64,000 nucleotides of DNA from Paraspadella gotoi (Eukaryota; Animalia; Chaetognatha): positions 25,807,293-25,871,292 of the forward strand of contig CM119267.1 in NCBI GenBank assembly GCA_051294375.1, read 5' to 3'. Of the stretch, positions 58,889 through 64,000 are shown one piece after another. Made by a program: the position numbers and the translations under genes. The notes under the pieces were generated by a model. That model searched no databases and had not been told where the DNA came from. It saw only the letters and a program-made list of their open reading frames with translations. Numbering within the stretch: position 1 is the stretch's first letter; the number at the start of each line of letters is the position of its first letter.

Positions 58889-61800
58889 CAATTATTAACA
58901 ATATTAAAATATTTTGATTAAAAATAAAGTGCAAAATAAAAAATAATCTTTGAAGAAGATAAAATAAATTTAAAAAATAGAAAGTTTGTATCTTTTCCTT
59001 TCTTTTCATTTTTATTATTAATATTAGAGTTCAATGAAAATAAAAATCTCTACAACTTTAACTCTAATATAAATATAATGATGAAAGATGGATAGATGCC
59101 TTAACTCACCATAGCCAGTCAAAAATGGCAAGACAGCTATTTTTTAAATGAATAATTTATATAGTTTGTATTGCATTGTCACCAAAAATTGCGAGCGGAC
59201 GTCGCGATAAATGATTATAGAGAATCGATGCTTCCTAGAAAACTAATTCTTGTGCTAACTCAGCACTAAAACTCTCGGTTACGTAGATATAGCGCCGAGG
59301 AAACTAGGCCACCGGATCTAAGGCCCAATGACGATTGTAACGTCTCACAGCAGACCTGAGGTCCAGACGATAGAGAAATGCCCAGACTACAAGGTCATGT
59401 AGCAAGTATAAAGTAATTGTTACCTGACTGTATTAGAAGTCTGGGCAAAATAAATATATTCTTCTATATTACTAACTTTATAAAATTAATGACATAATAT
59501 AGATTATTATAAATTATGCTAAACTCGTTTCTTTTTCCCCTATCGTTTGAAATTATCTTATTTAAAAAATATGGGTGCATATAATTTTTTTATTACCATC
59601 ATATTTGTGAGAAGCACAATTTAATTATTTCCAAAGTTTTACCCAAATTTTTTGCGAGACTGTTTCTCTCCCTCAATTTTATCCCTCCTTTCACTGGATT
59701 TGAAAGCCTTTAAATCTTGAAATAAAAATTTTTTAGCATAATTTTACTTTCGCAAAGCTGGGTTAGGGGAGGTTTAGGGTTATGGGTGGTTTATGAGTGG
59801 TTATGGTTAAGACGGTTTAAGGTTAAGGTAATTTTTTTAAAAGTAGATTTTTAAGTGGTTTTTTCCAAAGGCCAAAACATCAGTTAGTGAAAGTTTTTAC
59901 CCATAATTTTGTCAAAAGCCAGCATTTTTATAATATAAAGCCTCTTTTAATTGTTATCCTTTGACATACAAATGTAATTTATAAAGCAAAACCAAATAAT
60001 TAGGTATTAAGATTATAAGTAACTGTATTTTGATTAATTACTAAGTGTGCTGGCTCAATAATTGCTTGCTTCTTTTAAAAATTCTTATCTTTTTTCAACC
60101 GGAAGTGGTTTGCGCAAAAAGTGGCGCGGAAAGTCCATATAGCGCATCCGGAGAAATTTTTAATGGTGATATTCGTTTTCTCCACCTAATTTGGAATGAG
60201 AAACTTTGCGAGAATCAAGAACTTTAAAAAAAGTTTGATATTCCTGGGAGATCTACGAGGACAGTTATTAAATATGTTTTGTTTACGGTTCATCAAAACA
60301 AACAAATTTCCTCTCTTTTATTTTTATGTTTCTTTCTCTCTCTCTTTTCTCTTTTAATTATAGTAGGGGTAGCCGCACTCAATGGGGTGAGTCAAAAATT
60401 TAGAGTGAGTACATGCTCAAACGAATATTTAGACATTTTTAAGAATACTTTCAATGGACAAAAAATTTCTAATACGGCTCTATACCCTAGTAATTAATTT
60501 TTTAATATTTATTTATAGATAGGAAAGGCAAAAATTTTTTTTGAATTTTTAAATTTTAAGACCAGATTCAGATAGCTCATAAAAGTTGTCTACACAAAGT
60601 ATGATTCTTTTTAAATATTTTTACGATAAGTGTGTCAAAAATAAGAAAACTATAAAAAATCGTCATCATCATCATCTTTCGATGATTTTATCAGTTTTTT
60701 TATATTTTCACTTAGAAAACGTAAGATTTTTTAAAGCTGTAATTATATTTCTTGTTTAACTTCTTATGCTCTATCAGAATCCATCAAAAAATTTTAAGAT
60801 TTTAAAAAAATATTTTTTGCTCTATATAGTAATATAATATTTTTAATTAGGCGAGTACCTCAAGAAGAAAGCATTTTTGACAAAAATATTTTAATACCAT
60901 AATCTATGGTCATGATAGATTATTTTAACGCATGTATACATTAGCATTTAAATTTCATCGGCTATGGCTAATTATAGGTAGCTTTCTCTCTCTCTCTCTT
61001 TTCCCCACTGCTGCTTCATCGAAAAAAAAAACGAATCTGCAGCTGGCTCTGCAGGGGCTCTCTCTTTTTCTCTCTTTTCTCCTGCTGCTTCTGCTGCTGC
61101 CTTTTGATTTCTTTTTTTCTCTCTCTCTCTCTCTCTGCGTTTTTATTAAAAAAAAAATTGAATTAGGATTGAACTTGTAAAATTAGGCATCGCATTTGTG
61201 CATGTTATCATTTTGCTATCGCAACATCGGGTTTTTATTTTGTTTTTTATCGTCGCAATCGCTAAGCGTTTGCGACGATATTGTAACGCTTTTGCGCATA
61301 AATGTTGTCGTCGTCGTCGGCGTTGTTGTCGGTGTTCTAAATTATAGATCGCTTTTTTTATGATTAAATTTGGGTGTATGAAGCTGAAAATTTATATACA
61401 GCTTCTCACCATCGATGTGCTTAAAATTGAGTCTGGACAGTTATTAAATGTTTTATTTACATTTTATCAAAACAAACAAATTTTCTCTCTTTTATTTTCA
61501 TATTTCTTTCTCTCTCTCTTTTCTCTTTTAATTACATGTCTCTCTCCCTCTCTCTTTTCCCTAGTCACTGATTCATAATCATAGGAAAAAAACGAGTCTG
61601 CAGTTGGCTCTGCAGGGGCTTATTTTTTTTCTCTCTTTTCTCCTGCTGCATCTGCTGCTGCCTTTTGAGTCTGCAGCTGGCTCTGCAGGGGCTTATTCTT
61701 TTTCTCTCTTTTCTCCTGCTGCTTCTGCTGCTGCCTTTTGATTTCTTTCTTTTTTTTTCACTCTCTCTCTCTCTGCATTTTTATTTTAAAAAAAATTGAA

Positions 61801-62499
61801 AAATTGAATTAAGATTGAACTCGTAAAATTAAGCATCGCATTCGTGCATGTTATCGCAACATCGGATTTTTATTCCGTTTTTTTTTCTTACTGACTGTGT
61901 CTGCTGGTCAGTTATTTTTTTGACAATTAAATTTTTTTTTCCAGAAACTGTAACTTTAATTTTCTTCAGTACTTTATTATTTTTTTTTATTGACAATCGC
62001 AAAATATAATTTTTCTGTTTATAATTTAATTTTCTTTTCTCAAATTTTTAAGGGCTTTTTTTTTCAGAAACTAACTTTAATTTTCCTCGGTACTTTTATA
62101 AGTCAATTCGCCACACTTTATTATTTTTTTTAATTGACAATCGCAAAATATAATTTTTCTTTCTGTTTATAATCTAATTTTTGTTTCTCAAATTTTATTT
62201 TTTTTAGTATCAAAATTTGTTGCAATCCAGATTTTTCTTATGCGATTGCGACGATCCTTATGCTTTTAAGATTTTTTTTCTCAGTGACTGCGTCTGCTGA
62301 TCAGTTTTTTTTTGTTTTTTTTGACAATGAAAATTTTTTTTCCTTTTTTTTTTAAAAAACTGTAACTTTAATTTTTTTCAGTACTTAATTATTTTTTTTA
62401 TTGACAATTGCAAAAAAGAATTTTTCTTTCTGTTTATAAATTAATTTTCTTTTCTCAAATTTTGTTTTCTGCTGATCAGTTTATTTGACAATGACAATT

Positions 62500-64000
62500 C
62501 TCAATACGAAACCCACCCACCGCATTAGCCTTTTGTCTCCCCCAAAAGGCGAGACACCGCGCTGTGACCAGACATGAAAAACAGAAAACAAAAGACAAAC
62601 GAAAAAGTCTCCCGGCCTCAGCGCTGCCGCAGGGCCCAGTCCCGACGCTGCGACAATTCTGTCAAAGTGCTGCTGCGCCGGGGGACGCGTCACTTATTTT
62701 TTCGCGCTCTATGTGATCAGTCGCCTCCTCCGCCTAGGGCGTTGTCTCCCGTTACCTAGGGTACGGCGCCTCGGGCCGCGCGCGCAGGGGCGCCGCAACC
62801 CGGCACCAGTGGGGCCGGTTTGGGGGGTGGACAGCCAATGCGTAGTCTTGTGAAGAGAGCGCAGTCGGCTGGAGGCCTGGAAGCTTTCGCGGATTACTTG
62901 AAGGACACCCTCGACGGGTTTCGCAAGGAGATGCAGGATTCGCTTCATCGGGAGATGGAGGATTTCCGCCGGTGAGCGTTTACAATTTATTTTTTATTTG
63001 CCCCTCCATCGAATTTTTTGTTTCTTTTTTCTTTCTTTCTCTTTTTTTTTTTCACACCTCGCGTTTTTCTCGTTACTGAGGCTAATGTGGGGGGGGTTTT
63101 GTATAGAGAATCTTTAATTCTGAATGGAATTATGATTCTTATCAAAACCCCTCCCACATTCTCCCACCGCCGCCCCTTTTGCCTCCGGGCGGGTGTGGTT
63201 CGGTTTTCGTTTTTGTAGTGTGTTTGGAAGGTGAAAATATTTTTTGATTTTATTATTTTTTTTTGGAGAGACAAAAAAAGGGAGGGGGACTGCGTTCAAC
63301 TCGGCGCTGTTGGATATTCGACGTTGTTTTGTCGAAGGCGTCGCCCGACCTTCGTGGGACGCTGCAGGACGCCGCGCCTTCCGAGAGGTTTTTCTTCGGG
63401 AACCGCTCAAATCAAGTGTCTTCAGCGGTCAACGCCTCTTTGATCTGCTGCGCCGCTCGCCCTCGCCATTTTGAAGATCGTTGTGATCGTTTCAAGGCGA
63501 CGAAGACCAATTTTAAGCCGTGGAAAGGCGGCAAAAAGCCCTATTCCTTCAAGATGTCGGGAAACGGGCAGGGCAAGGGCGCCAAGCCCGCAAAATGAAG
63601 GGTTTCTTCGACGCCGCAGTCGCTGTCTCGTCCGACTGCAGGAGTCATTCAGGACCGGATTTCGCCCTTGGATTCGATTTTTGATCAGTCGGCACTTCTC
63701 CCTCACCTCCCAGTAAGAGGGAGGCTGCGTCATTTTCACTCTTTTTTGAAGGAGCTCGTCGGGGAGGATTCACCGATCCTGACGAACATCTCGGGCTTCA
63801 GGATCGCTGGCGCAGAGGCGATCCCTACAAGACTCCTTCACCCTTCCGACGCGACGCCGTCTTTTGGCAAGGACGCCGCGGTCGAGGCAGAGATTTCTGC
63901 CGCCTTGAAGAAGGGGGCGATAGAGGAGGTGGATGCCTCCCCGGGTTTTTACTCCAGGAACTTTCTTGTGCCAAAAAAGGATGGAGGCTGGAGACCGATT
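62500..64000 (+). mobile_element. Degenerate DIRS-like retrotransposon: gag-like end and RT N-terminus, running off the window
   Basis: AEISAALKKGAIEEVDASPGFYSRNFLVPKKDGGWRPI at about 63885-64000 is typical of DIRS-type RT; GC-rich broken ORFs upstream with an AT-rich insert at about 62985-63290. Confidence 0.75.

Noticed and set aside
59178-59475. Possible solo LTR (TGT start, TATA-like and AATAAA words); similar weak case at 29205-29490
   Set aside because: No second copy, clear CA end or TSD visible in this window.

Overview
Eukaryotic (probably invertebrate) genomic DNA with GC-rich exons in AT-rich, repeat-dense introns. The + strand carries four spliced genes: the 3' end of an unknown gene, an 18-exon Nudix-like/EF-hand/PPP Ser-Thr phosphatase gene (1454-26283), a Q-rich 7-finger C2H2 gene (27067-34571) and diacylglycerol kinase epsilon (35447-49556). 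A FLYWCH/C2H2 gene and an astacin exon remnant are nested antisense in one phosphatase intron. The introns hold DIRS, Ty3/gypsy, env-like, RTE-type LINE and foldback elements. The most notable signal is three different miniature LTR retroelement families (TRIM-like: LTR-PBS-short non-coding core-PPT-LTR, 4-bp TSD, shared TGGTGAGCCC primer site). Their otherwise unrelated LTRs each contain a circularly permuted (type-P5) twister ribozyme-like fold whose pseudoknot covaries between families, and two families also carry a tRNA-like module in the LTR. The LINE begins with an HDV-like ribozyme fold. All structures and splice models were read by eye; nothing was folded or searched computationally.
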